Positions 1 through 9,734 of a DNA stretch of 64,000 bases are shown one piece after another; the first letter of the stretch is position 1; each line of letters begins with the position of its first letter. The position numbers and the translations under genes were made by a program. Source of the stretch: Ignavibacteriales bacterium (GTDB lineage: Bacteria; Bacteroidota; Ignavibacteria; UBA10030; SZUA-254); assembly GCA_016214905.1 (NCBI GenBank), contig JACRMQ010000006.1, forward strand, positions 321,008-385,007, given 5' to 3'. The notes beneath the pieces were generated by a model. That model searched no databases, was not told where the DNA came from, and saw only the letters and a program-made list of their open reading frames with translations.

Positions 1-1456
1 AATCCTGTGTTTTTGGATGTTTAAATCTCCAACGTTCGGAATATAGGCGCATAATTTTGAACATTCTTTCTTTCCCGACAAAATTCTGAAGGGTCGTAAG
101 AAAGATACTCGGTTTCATGTATGAATTGACTGCATAACTTCCACCGGAATAATATTGCCATGCGTTTCGTGTTGTGGGATCATAATCTGCCATGGGAATA
201 TACTGTGCTCGTTGAAATTGCAGATCGTTTATTTTGATTCCGAGGAAGTTAAGAAAATTACCGTCGTTACCGTATGCCGATTCAAAGATTTGATTTTCAG
301 TATAGCTGTTTATACCTTCGTCCAACCAGCTTTCTTCGAATTCATTCGAAGCGAGAAGATGATACCAGTAATTGTGTCCGAATTCATGTATGATTACCAT
401 TTCAACAGCACGCACACCGGCAGGCAAGCCATACAATGTGCCGGCAGTTATAAGAGTCGGGTATTCCATTCCACCGGAACCTCCTGCATCTCGCCGGGGA
501 TCAACGACAGTTAGATTTGGATAGGGATAATCTCCGTACCAATTTTGATGATATTCGACTACAATTTTTGCCACTTCAAGATGACGGTTACCTTGATCTG
601 CGTGATCGGGTTGCATTAAAACCCGGATATCGACATCCTGTGCTTTGCCTTTGAATTCAACAAACTCCGGGCTTGTAGTCCATGCAAAATCGTGCACATC
701 TTCGGCTCGATACCGGTGGGTTGAAGTGCCATCATTGTTTTTTTTCACTTCTACCTGAATACCGGTCGCACCAACGATGTTTTTATCGGGGACAGTCATT
801 TTAACATCATACACACCGAAGTCAGCAAAGAATTCAGAATGTGCGTGATACTGATGGCAATTCCATTGATGATCAATATAGACTCCGATTTTTGGAAACC
901 ATTGACCTATGAAAAAATATTCTTCTTTAGCTCCCGAGCGGGCGAAGGGCGGTTCAGGTAACAGTGCCACAAAATCGATTTCTAATTTAATCGAATCGCC
1001 CGGCTGAAGAGGTTTTGGCAAAGGTAAGCGAAAAACTGTTTTATCATCTATGTTGTCATCATCAGGTTGAATGAATTGAATAGTTCTCGTTAAATCTTCG
1101 CCGGAGGCGAGTTTAATCTTTTTAATTTCACTGAAACCCCAACCGTTTTTTTCAATTTTAAATCCCCGACTCAAGCCACCTGATTCTTTCATGAAAGTAG
1201 ATTTATTATTTCGGAATGCGTTGAGGTAAAGATGAAATTGTAGTTCATTCAGCACGTCGGTTGATTTGTTATGCCACTGAAGAATCTGATGACCGTTTAA
1301 CAAGCGTTTTTGGACATCAAGTTTTACATCGATATCGTAATTGGCTATTCGCGGACTCAGTGGTTGGGGAAAAATTTTCGGTTGAGCAAATGTTGTTTGA
1401 TCAATGATGATGCTGATGAGGAGGTAAATAATGATTAAGAATTGATATTTTTTCAT
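1..1456 (-). CDS. M1-family zinc metallopeptidase (gluzincin), secreted. The C-terminal part runs off the window start.
   Basis: I translated the reverse strand by hand. The start ATG is at 1454-1456 and is followed by a signal peptide (MKKYQFLIIIYLLISIIIDQTTFAQP). The HEFGHNYWY...WLDEG motif is the HExxH(x18)E gluzincin signature. There is no stop codon before position 1, so the gene is truncated by the window edge. Confidence 0.7.
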   Translation of the reverse strand, partial: MKKYQFLIIIYLLISIIIDQTTFAQPKIFPQPLSPRIANYDIDVKLDVQKRLLNGHQILQWHNKSTDVLNELQFHLYLNAFRNNKSTFMKESGGLSRGFKIEKNGWGFSEIKKIKLASGEDLTRTIQFIQPDDDNIDDKTVFRLPLPKPLQPGDSIKLEIDFVALLPEPPFARSGAKEEYFFIGQWFPKIGVYIDHQWNCHQYHAHSEFFADFGVYDVKMTVPDKNIVGATGIQVEVKKNNDGTSTHRYRAEDVHDFAWTTSPEFVEFKGKAQDVDIRVLMQPDHADQGNRHLEVAKIVVEYHQNWYGDYPYPNLTVVDPRRDAGGSGGMEYPTLITAGTLYGLPAGVRAVEMVIIHEFGHNYWYHLLASNEFEESWLDEGINSYTENQIFESAYGNDGNFLNFLGIKINDLQFQRAQYIPMADYDPTTRNAWQYYSGGSYAVNSYMKPSIFLTTLQNFVGKERMFKIMRLYSERWRFKHPKTQD

Positions 1457-1534
1457 TAACCTTTTCCTTATTTTTGCCTGGTGTCTCTGGTAGATAATGA
1501 AAGTCCGATATGTAAATTGTGCATTAAGGAAATC

Positions 1535-2044
1535 TCAATATTTATTTATCACCAAACACCCGGCAATCAAATCGTGCAGTGCCTGTTTACGTTGTGTGAA
1601 TCCGGCCATAATGTAACCTATGCTCATTGTTAGACTCGAAATTATTTTTCCGAAATATCTTCCCGTTGCTCTGCCGAAGGAAATCCTATTGCCCTGAAGA
1701 TCGGTAACGGTAATCCCAAGCGCCATCTTTCCGAGAGTTGCACCTTTCATCGATTCCATCAATGCATAGTATAACCATTCTCCGATCACGATGGTCATGA
1801 TCATTGTGAAGTATGCGCCTATCATCCAAACGACTAAACCGATGGATGGATCAAAATCTTCATTCCATAAACTGATACCCATCATCGCCAAAAAGGGAAT
1901 AACAATAAAAATACCTAAAACTCCCATTATCATCTGGTCGATAATGTATGCTAAAAATCGTTTCCAGAATCCGGCATAATGAAATGCAACTGGTTGTGGT
2001 GCCGCCATTTGAGGGTTGCGTGTTTCCATATTGATTCCTTTCAA
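1535..2044 (-). CDS. RDD family membrane protein
   Basis: 169 aa. Architecture is typical of RDD-domain proteins, with the N-terminal segment FHYAGFWKRFLAYIIDQMIMGVLGIF and three TM helices. Confidence 0.6.
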   Translation of the reverse strand: MKGINMETRNPQMAAPQPVAFHYAGFWKRFLAYIIDQMIMGVLGIFIVIPFLAMMGISLWNEDFDPSIGLVVWMIGAYFTMIMTIVIGEWLYYALMESMKGATLGKMALGITVTDLQGNRISFGRATGRYFGKIISSLTMSIGYIMAGFTQRKQALHDLIAGCLVINKY

Positions 2045-2074
2045 TTGTTCAGGTTATTGTAACGCTTGTTTTCG

Positions 2075-2635
2075 CTAAATGTTACAGCTCTTCAAAGATG
2101 ATTTTAATATTTTTATGCAATCATCAGGATGATTGGCGTATCGAATAAATTTCGTAACGTTCTCGAATCCTTCGTGCACCAACTCAGTTGCAAGGGTATC
2201 AACTATAGGATTCCAAAAATTTCCAAATAAAATAATCGGTTTTTCTTTCATTACAGATTTGTTTAGGAATTCCCATACCATAGATAATTCTACAAGGGTT
2301 CCAGTGCTTCCCTTAAGTGCGATATATGCATCGCCAAGATCAATCAATTTCAACAACCGGTCGGTTAATGTTTTTACTTTCACGGTCTCAAGGATGTAAT
2401 TGTTAGCATCGCGGTTGAAGTATTCTGCAATTACTCCGATCGTTTTTCCGTTAGCATCTTTTGCTCCTTCAGCGCTGGCTTCCATTATTCCGCCGTAACC
2501 GCCGTTGCAAATTGTATAACCATTAACGGCGAGAGTTTTGCCTATCTCGTAAGCAGTTTGATATTCCGCATCACCTCGTAATGGTTTTGAACTTCCGAAT
2601 ATTGTCACGATATGATTTGTTCTACCATTTTTCAT
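2075..2635 (-). CDS. LOG family protein (cytokinin riboside 5'-monophosphate phosphoribohydrolase-like, TIGR00730 Rossmann fold)
   Basis: 186 aa with the characteristic LOG motifs GGYGGIMEA and PGGxGTLxE-like (KGSTGTLVE). Confidence 0.7.
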   Translation of the reverse strand: MKNGRTNHIVTIFGSSKPLRGDAEYQTAYEIGKTLAVNGYTICNGGYGGIMEASAEGAKDANGKTIGVIAEYFNRDANNYILETVKVKTLTDRLLKLIDLGDAYIALKGSTGTLVELSMVWEFLNKSVMKEKPIILFGNFWNPIVDTLATELVHEGFENVTKFIRYANHPDDCIKILKSSLKSCNI

Positions 2636-2673
2636 TCAATATCACTACTTACAAATTAACAACTCACTTTTTA

Positions 2674-4749
2674 TTAATCTAAAAATTCCCAGCTCACACC
2701 GAACCTCATTTGCCTTTCGGGCATAGGATAAAAGGCATTCATTATATATTTTCGATTTAATACATTATCCCAAATCAAATGAATATATGCTTGACCTAAA
2801 TGTGCGAGTATTACAAGGTCAAGAACACCGTTCTGTTGAATCTGGTAACCGTAATCTGACAGTAAGTATTCTTCCACTTCAAAATTATATTCTTCTGCAA
2901 AATAATTGCTGAAGTATCTTCCTCTGAGTCCGCATTTTAAGTCGAGGTGATCACCGAGTATTTTATTCCGATAATATAACGCTCCGGTAAATGACCAACG
3001 CGGGAGGGAGGAGGTTGGAGTTGAATTCTCGTTTATATCGAGATACTCTGCTGTTCCTTCAAATAATAAAAGCCAGTACTGTGCTCTGGTACTTCCGGCG
3101 ATTCCGCGAATGATATTTTTGGTAGATCTGGTATATGCAAATGGGACTGATAATCCTTCGGGTGATCGATTAATATTAATCGCATTCCAAATTATTCTGT
3201 TGAAAGATTTAATTTCGATGTTCATATTTTCAACAGGATCCCAACTCAAACCTGCTTCTAATAAATGATGTCGTTCCGGATCGTTATTCAGGTCTGATGA
3301 TATGATAGTATCGATTCCAATCTTTTCTTGGAATGTCGGTAAACGATAAGATCTTGAATATCCGCCGAAGATAGTCAAACAAGGTGTGAGTTGAAATCTT
3401 GTATCAGTACCAAAACCAAGAATCGTTCTGGAATTTGCGAAGTCGAGGCGAGAATATGGTGATATTCGCATCTGTTCTGAAATTATTATTTCCCCTTTGC
3501 CATATAAATCAGCTAACACCGCACTTCTTTTTTGATCAGTCGTCGAGTGTGTAATTTGCTGTGATTGAATTCCGGCTCCGAAATCGAATGAGTGTCTTTC
3601 GATTGTCAAACTCTGAGTGGCTTTTGCCCCGAACCAATTGCTCACATATTTTTGATCGGAGAAGATACCATTCGAGATAGGTCTATTCTCAAGATCACGG
3701 TATTGCCTTACGTTTGAGATATAATACAGGGTTAACATACTGATAGCGCTCGTGTCTGGAAGCAGCCGGGAGGCAATACCAAGTTGAATATCGTGCCTTG
3801 CGATCTTCTCGTACGCTTCAGTGTTTCGAACAACAGCTTGCAATACTTCGTAGCGGAGAGAATCATGTGTCTGCTTTATATCAACTCCCTGCCAGATACC
3901 GAGGAGTGATTGATTATACATCTCGGACGCGAATAAATTAAAATTCTCGTTCAAATTATAGCGGACTTTGATACGTGCATTCCAATTGTCGTAATTTTCA
4001 TTCAGATATCTTTGTCCATACACAGTATGCTGCGCGCCTGCGGTTATGTTCATACCGCGCAGCACATCCTGACTGACCATGCCATCGATAATACTGAATC
4101 CGTATCCCGATTCGGAATATCGTATTCTTGAATATGGTTTTAACGCTTTCTTACTTTTAGTTATAGAATTTATTGCCGCCCCTGTGCTGTTCAATCCGTA
4201 GAGAAAGGCACGAGTTCCGGTTATTGTTTCAATACGTTCGATACTTTCGGTGGGAAATAAGTACGGATTGTAAATCCCTGTGAACGGATCGTTTAACTGA
4301 ATGCCATCCGCAAAAAAAGAAATACCTTTTCCATCCACACCAAAAATATTTAAACCCGGCAATGGACCCAAACTTCCGAAATCGCGACTGAATATACCGA
4401 CTTTCAATTCTAGCAGGTCAACTGAGTATCGATAATTACTGAAATTAATCACTGAATCTATTAATTGATTGGAAGAAAGATTTTCCCTATCCAGCGCTCC
4501 AATTGTCGGTATGGGCGCAAGGAACTGATGGGAGACAGAATCGACTGCGAGTGAATCGCTTGAAACTGTTTGCGCGAAAGATATTATTGAGCAAACAATT
4601 ATTATGATGCTGATTAGAAATATTCGCAACAGGTTTTCACCAAAATTTAATTTCAAAAATATATAGAAAAGCTGTAACAGATGCAATTTAGGTATGTGGT
4701 AGTCGGGTTGGCGATTGGTGAGTAATAAGTTTATTGAGCAGTTATGCAA
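2674..4749 (-). CDS. TonB-dependent receptor-like outer-membrane beta-barrel with N-terminal plug domain
   Basis: 691-aa ORF. A plug-like region (…IERIETITGTRAFLYG…) is followed by a long beta-strand-rich region. The ORF-track Met at 4749 sits far upstream of the signal-peptide-like segment (LRIFLISIIIIVCSIISFAQ), so the real start is probably an alternative codon (TTG/GTG) near 4650. Confidence 0.55.
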   Translation of the reverse strand: MHNCSINLLLTNRQPDYHIPKLHLLQLFYIFLKLNFGENLLRIFLISIIIIVCSIISFAQTVSSDSLAVDSVSHQFLAPIPTIGALDRENLSSNQLIDSVINFSNYRYSVDLLELKVGIFSRDFGSLGPLPGLNIFGVDGKGISFFADGIQLNDPFTGIYNPYLFPTESIERIETITGTRAFLYGLNSTGAAINSITKSKKALKPYSRIRYSESGYGFSIIDGMVSQDVLRGMNITAGAQHTVYGQRYLNENYDNWNARIKVRYNLNENFNLFASEMYNQSLLGIWQGVDIKQTHDSLRYEVLQAVVRNTEAYEKIARHDIQLGIASRLLPDTSAISMLTLYYISNVRQYRDLENRPISNGIFSDQKYVSNWFGAKATQSLTIERHSFDFGAGIQSQQITHSTTDQKRSAVLADLYGKGEIIISEQMRISPYSRLDFANSRTILGFGTDTRFQLTPCLTIFGGYSRSYRLPTFQEKIGIDTIISSDLNNDPERHHLLEAGLSWDPVENMNIEIKSFNRIIWNAININRSPEGLSVPFAYTRSTKNIIRGIAGSTRAQYWLLLFEGTAEYLDINENSTPTSSLPRWSFTGALYYRNKILGDHLDLKCGLRGRYFSNYFAEEYNFEVEEYLLSDYGYQIQQNGVLDLVILAHLGQAYIHLIWDNVLNRKYIMNAFYPMPERQMRFGVSWEFLD

Positions 4750-4756
4750 TTTAGAT

Positions 4757-5623
4757 TTATTCAGGGTGAAAGTTTGGAGGGGTTATAAATACTTTATACC
4801 GATTCTGGAGTTTTTTAGCTGTTGAAACAGCTTTATGTTCATCGTTGAAGAGACCGAATACAGACGATCCGCTTCCAGACATCTGAGCAAAACAAGCTCC
4901 TTCGGAATACAGCAATAGTTTGGCAAAACCGATTTGCTTATGCTCATGTAATATTATCGGCTCAAAATCATTTATGAGATTTTGATTTAGTTCGTGTGGG
5001 TCATAAATATTTTTTAGAAGAAAATCCTTCAGAGGGATTGGAGATGTCGGATGTGGGATATGATTGATGTGAGATGATTCAAGTGAATGATAAGCCCACG
5101 CAGTAGAAACATGAACATTGGGGTAAAGGATTACAATCCAGTAGGGAAGTGGTAACGAAAAATATTCAAGCACTTCTCCTCTGCCTGTTGCGTGTGCTGT
5201 ACCAGGTTTTAGGAAATAAGGGACATCAGAACCGAGTTTTAAAGCAATCGATTTCAGTTCTTCTTCCGTAATTTTTAGATTCCATAATTTTACTAGTCCA
5301 AGGAGTGTTGCTGCCGCATCGGAACTTCCTCCACCCATTCCTGCGCCTATCGGGATATTTTTTTGAAGATTTATCTTCACACCATTATTAGGATGAAAAT
5401 GATCGTTTAAGATCCTAGCCGCTTTAATGCAGAGGTTAGAGGAATCGGAGTTCAAATTCAGATCATTGGAGTTGAAGCTTATCTCGGTTGCTTCAGTTAA
5501 TATAATTTCATCAAAAGGATTAACCCGCAAAAATATCGTTTCGAGATTATGGTAGCCATCTTCTCTTCGGTTAAGGATTCGCAATCCCAAATTTATCTTT
5601 GCATATGCTTTCACTGAAATCAT
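4757..5623 (-). CDS. ispE: 4-diphosphocytidyl-2-C-methyl-D-erythritol kinase
   Basis: 288 aa. The N-terminus KAYAKINLGLRILNRREDGYHNLETIF and the GHMP kinase motif PIGAGMGGGSSDAAA are diagnostic. Confidence 0.85.
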   Translation of the reverse strand: MISVKAYAKINLGLRILNRREDGYHNLETIFLRVNPFDEIILTEATEISFNSNDLNLNSDSSNLCIKAARILNDHFHPNNGVKINLQKNIPIGAGMGGGSSDAAATLLGLVKLWNLKITEEELKSIALKLGSDVPYFLKPGTAHATGRGEVLEYFSLPLPYWIVILYPNVHVSTAWAYHSLESSHINHIPHPTSPIPLKDFLLKNIYDPHELNQNLINDFEPIILHEHKQIGFAKLLLYSEGACFAQMSGSGSSVFGLFNDEHKAVSTAKKLQNRYKVFITPPNFHPE

Positions 5624-5903
5624 TTATTTCGATCTTAAAGTATTGATAAAACGGTCAAATTCGCATCTTTCAAACTTACAAAAAAATTAGGTAAGATGCA
5701 GAATTAGCCATAATTCAACCGGGAGTTTCAGATTCCATTCTTTCTTGTTTTTTGTCAAATCATTTATTAAAATATGCCAGTATCGTTGTTCTCCCCACCG
5801 ATCTGGATGTTACACCCAGTTAGTTCGATGGATGGAAGTTGAAATACATTTTATAAAAAATTGATTATCAATAATTCTTCCAATCAACAACCAAGGAGTT
5901 GCT

Positions 5904-8900
5904 ATGAAACATCTTTTTAAAAACCTTGCTTTCGTATATATCATACTGTTGATGATACCATTGTTTCATATTTCGGACATATTTATTTCTTCGGTAATTG
6001 CTGCAGTGCCGGAATATTCATTTCCGAATAATAATTACCCTCCGGAGGGTGCTTATGTAACACCGCGGGGAGTTACGTTAGCGTGGCCCAATGGTGTTTT
6101 GATGAAAAATTTTATTCAATATGGTATTAATCCTGTCGGTATCCCTCCCGGATCGGGAGAAAGCAAAGATTATGTTTGTACAGGTAATGCTACCTTTGAG
6201 CTTTCTTTTAATCAGGGGGGAACCTGGACAACCTTCTCCACCACAGGATCTAATACATTTCATTTGGATTATTTAAAAGATTCTTTGTCGTACAATATTC
6301 ATTCTGGCGAAGTTTATGTTTTGAACCTGAGCGGCGGTTCAATGCCTCCGGGAGTTTTGATCAGGGAAAGTCCGACTCAGGCATCGACGGGACGAACCAT
6401 GTGGTTACCAAACGGTGACAGATACTGGTGTGATAGTTTCTTTGATATATTTTTTGAAATCAGCACGGACGGTGGTATGACATTCTGGCCTCCGCTCGGT
6501 TCTATTTTAATGAAAGCGGTTTCGTTTTATAAAGAGAGTCCATCTGCAATAGTACCTTCGACGAATTTTCCTCCGCACGGAAAGTATCTACAAAATCAAT
6601 CGGATGTTGTTACTTTTCTCTCAGGTGTCAGATTTAAAGATTTTATTCTTCGGGATCTTTTTCATCAGGGAGCATTACCCGATATTTCGCAGGTTTATCC
6701 TTTCAGTGCTGCATGTGATTACTCAATATCGTTCGATGGCGGTTTAACATGGAGTATCAACCATTCTTCGGTGACAATGTCGGTTAGTATAAATAAAATT
6801 GCCGATTCAACGGGAATCGGACTTTATGAAACTGAAGTGATCTCGATGAGTTTTTCGAGTGGTGGAGGTACCCTGATACGTGAGAGTCCCACAAAAAAAT
6901 CTAATAGTAAAATAATTGTCGAGTCACTGGGCTCAGGTTATATGATATCGAGTTTCTTCGATATATTTACTGAGGTTAGCTTAGACGGCGGTACAACCTG
7001 GTCACCAAGTAACAATCTTTTGAATATCGATTTGACATATCCTTCTGCCTATCCTTTCCTGACAAATATGATGATGCCATCGACAGGATACAGAACTAAA
7101 TCAGGCGATGAGATTTCATATTCGTCATTATATAAAATCAGATCTGTTATACTGGATAATTTTTCCTCATCCTTCGCGCCACCGGCATTGGGTGGAACAT
7201 CAACAAATTTGTTTAACGGAACTGCAAATTTTGATTTGAGTTTCGATGGAGGATCAAGTTGGTCGAATGTAACCGCGCCAGCATCATGGCAGGTCAGAAC
7301 TTATCATCACACTGATGATGGTGCGGCAGAATTTTATGAAATAGAGGTACTAGGGCTTAACATCACTGGAGGTGGATTACCTCTCGGTGTTACAATCAGA
7401 GAATCACCTACACTGAAATCCGCCGGTAGGCATGATATCGTCACGACACTTGTGGATTACAACATCAGCAGTTTCTTTGATATTTTTACTGAAATATCCA
7501 CAGACGGGGGGGCAACGTTTATTCAATCTGGAAATTATATTTCATGTACGCTAATTCCACCTTGTCCGACAATTTCATTGATCCCTGAATCGTTGACAGA
7601 TGGAAAAGTAAATGAAGAATATTATCAGGAAATCTCCGCTTCGGGCGGCACATCTCCGTATAGCTATGCGATAGTCGGAGGTTCTTTACCGGATGGAATC
7701 TATCTTTCTTCGAAAGGTATTATTTACGGAACACCTACATCAACGGGATATTCAACATTTACAATTGAAGTAACCGATTCGATCGGGTGCACCGCTTCTG
7801 CGGCGTATTGGATTGCCGTGATGCCCGCCGGTCAGAGGACTTATTCCGACCGATTTCCACAGACCGGAAAGTACTTCCAGCAACCGAATACCGTAGTTTC
7901 ATACTCATCCGGTTTGGCTATTAGAAAGTTTGTCGTACGAGATTTATATCATCGTGGTGAACCACCCGCACTTTACTCTGCTCAAGTTTATAATTTCAGT
8001 GCATCCGTTGATTTAGAAACATCTGGAGATGGCGGGTTGACATGGACGCCTTATTACAATTTACCGGTATCTATGCAGGTCAACCTTAATCATTATAAAG
8101 ATGAAGGGGGGGCGGAACATTTTCTGGCAGAAGTTCTTCAATGCAATATTTCCTCCATCGCCGCGATATACATGATGCGGGAAAGCCCTACACTTGCATC
8201 ACGCAGTAAAGTTATAATGTCTCAGTTCCCTGATGGACAATGGCATGTAGAAAGTTTCTTTGATATCTTCACAGAAGTCAGTGCTGACGGCGGCGCTACT
8301 TGGTCAACAGCACTTAATAAATTAATACTCAATTTTGTGCAACCGGCTGATTCAAAATTTAATTCAACGAATTATTTTCCAACCGATGCACAATTCAAAA
8401 GTATCGGGGGTGATTATATTCAATTCTCGAACGGATTTTTATTAAGGGAATTATTACACGACCGGTTCACACAGTCATTCACGCTTCCGCCACTTTTAAG
8501 TTCTCAAACAAATTCATTCGGGGGAACTGCTGAGTTCGAATTATCGGCTGATGGTGGAATATCATGGACTAAAATTTCCGGCAGCGTAAATGAAGATGTA
8601 TGGATTTATGGTACCTCGGATGATAATAATGCAAGATTTTTCAGTACCGAATTTTTATCATTCTCAATTTCTGGCGGAACATTGCCTCCCGGAACGCAAA
8701 TACGTGAAAGTCCGACTAAACCTTCAAGCGGAAAATACGAATTTTTCACACTTGGGCAGATGGATTACAGGTTATGCAGTTTCTTCGATATTTACCTTGA
8801 GATGACGCTTGATGGAGGAATGACCTGGTCACCTGCCAATAAACCGTTCTATATTCTGATGCGGGGAACACCGGTTACCATGAGTGTGGAAATGAATTCA

Positions 8901-9674
8901 GGTTGGAATATGGTATCTGTTCCGATGATAATGGATGATTACCGTACCTTAATCTTATATCCGACCGCAAAATCTCCGGCATACAGTTTCAACGGAACGT
9001 ACGTGGCTGAAGATACTTTGAAAAATATGATCGGTTACTGGGTGAAATTTTCCGAACCGCAATCGGTCAGCTTTACCGGCTTCGAGATTACACTTGATTC
9101 GGTTGATGTCGTTGAAGGATGGAATATGATCGGCTCGTTATCCGATTCCGTTCCGGTGGCGAATATAACATCTGTTCCTTCAGGAATAATGACGTCGCAA
9201 TTCTTCGGATACGGTAAAGGGTATGTAGATGTTGACACATTGGTACCCGGAAAAGGTTTTTGGGTCAAAGTGAATCAGTCCGGGAGATTATTTATGGACA
9301 ATTCCTTGGGGGGAAGAATAGCCGAAGGAAAGATTCAGATAGTATCGATAAATCAAAAACCGCCTGCGCCGCCGGATGATGATAGAATATCGAATTTCGA
9401 AAAACGAATATCGAATTTTAAATTGGAGCAGAACTATCCCAATCCGTTTAACCCAAGTACAAATATCGAATATCAAATATCGAAAATCGGATTTGTATCG
9501 TTGAAGATATATGATATTCTGGGGCAGGAAATTGAAACGCTTGTGAACGAGGAAAAACAACCAGGTATTTACAACATTGACTGGGACGCGAACGGTTATC
9601 CGAACGGTGTATACCTTTATCGGTTGCAGTCAGGTACTTTCACAGACACAAAAAAATTATTGCTAATGAAATAA
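5904..9674 (+). CDS. Large T9SS-secreted repeat protein: signal peptide, 5 x novel ~170-aa repeat module, He_PIG-type Ig-like domain, type A Por C-terminal sorting domain
   Basis: 1256 aa with an N-terminal signal peptide. Five repeats each end in the motif [IM]RESPT…S(S)FFDIF[TF]E[IV]S.DGG.T[WF]. The segment SASGGTSPYSYAIVGGSLPDGI is a He_PIG (putative Ig) signature. The C-terminal LEQNYPNPFNPST…KIYDILGQEIETL…GVYLYRLQ is a T9SS CTD. Confidence 0.85.
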   Translation: MKHLFKNLAFVYIILLMIPLFHISDIFISSVIAAVPEYSFPNNNYPPEGAYVTPRGVTLAWPNGVLMKNFIQYGINPVGIPPGSGESKDYVCTGNATFELSFNQGGTWTTFSTTGSNTFHLDYLKDSLSYNIHSGEVYVLNLSGGSMPPGVLIRESPTQASTGRTMWLPNGDRYWCDSFFDIFFEISTDGGMTFWPPLGSILMKAVSFYKESPSAIVPSTNFPPHGKYLQNQSDVVTFLSGVRFKDFILRDLFHQGALPDISQVYPFSAACDYSISFDGGLTWSINHSSVTMSVSINKIADSTGIGLYETEVISMSFSSGGGTLIRESPTKKSNSKIIVESLGSGYMISSFFDIFTEVSLDGGTTWSPSNNLLNIDLTYPSAYPFLTNMMMPSTGYRTKSGDEISYSSLYKIRSVILDNFSSSFAPPALGGTSTNLFNGTANFDLSFDGGSSWSNVTAPASWQVRTYHHTDDGAAEFYEIEVLGLNITGGGLPLGVTIRESPTLKSAGRHDIVTTLVDYNISSFFDIFTEISTDGGATFIQSGNYISCTLIPPCPTISLIPESLTDGKVNEEYYQEISASGGTSPYSYAIVGGSLPDGIYLSSKGIIYGTPTSTGYSTFTIEVTDSIGCTASAAYWIAVMPAGQRTYSDRFPQTGKYFQQPNTVVSYSSGLAIRKFVVRDLYHRGEPPALYSAQVYNFSASVDLETSGDGGLTWTPYYNLPVSMQVNLNHYKDEGGAEHFLAEVLQCNISSIAAIYMMRESPTLASRSKVIMSQFPDGQWHVESFFDIFTEVSADGGATWSTALNKLILNFVQPADSKFNSTNYFPTDAQFKSIGGDYIQFSNGFLLRELLHDRFTQSFTLPPLLSSQTNSFGGTAEFELSADGGISWTKISGSVNEDVWIYGTSDDNNARFFSTEFLSFSISGGTLPPGTQIRESPTKPSSGKYEFFTLGQMDYRLCSFFDIYLEMTLDGGMTWSPANKPFYILMRGTPVTMSVEMNSGWNMVSVPMIMDDYRTLILYPTAKSPAYSFNGTYVAEDTLKNMIGYWVKFSEPQSVSFTGFEITLDSVDVVEGWNMIGSLSDSVPVANITSVPSGIMTSQFFGYGKGYVDVDTLVPGKGFWVKVNQSGRLFMDNSLGGRIAEGKIQIVSINQKPPAPPDDDRISNFEKRISNFKLEQNYPNPFNPSTNIEYQISKIGFVSLKIYDILGQEIETLVNEEKQPGIYNIDWDANGYPNGVYLYRLQSGTFTDTKKLLLMK

Positions 9675-9734
9675 ATTTTAGTATATTAATCGGTTAAATT
9701 CATCATTCATAAATAATTCAGTAGGAGATTTATC

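Noticed and set aside
155-514. 119-aa + strand ORF at the window start
   Set aside because: It lies entirely antisense to the well-supported M1 peptidase gene (HEFGH…WLDEG on the minus strand). It has odd composition and no RBS.
2674-4749. Annotated ATG start of the TonB-dependent receptor at 4749
   Set aside because: It produces a ~35-aa non-signal extension before the obvious signal peptide. An internal non-ATG start is more likely. I kept the gene but with a start caveat.
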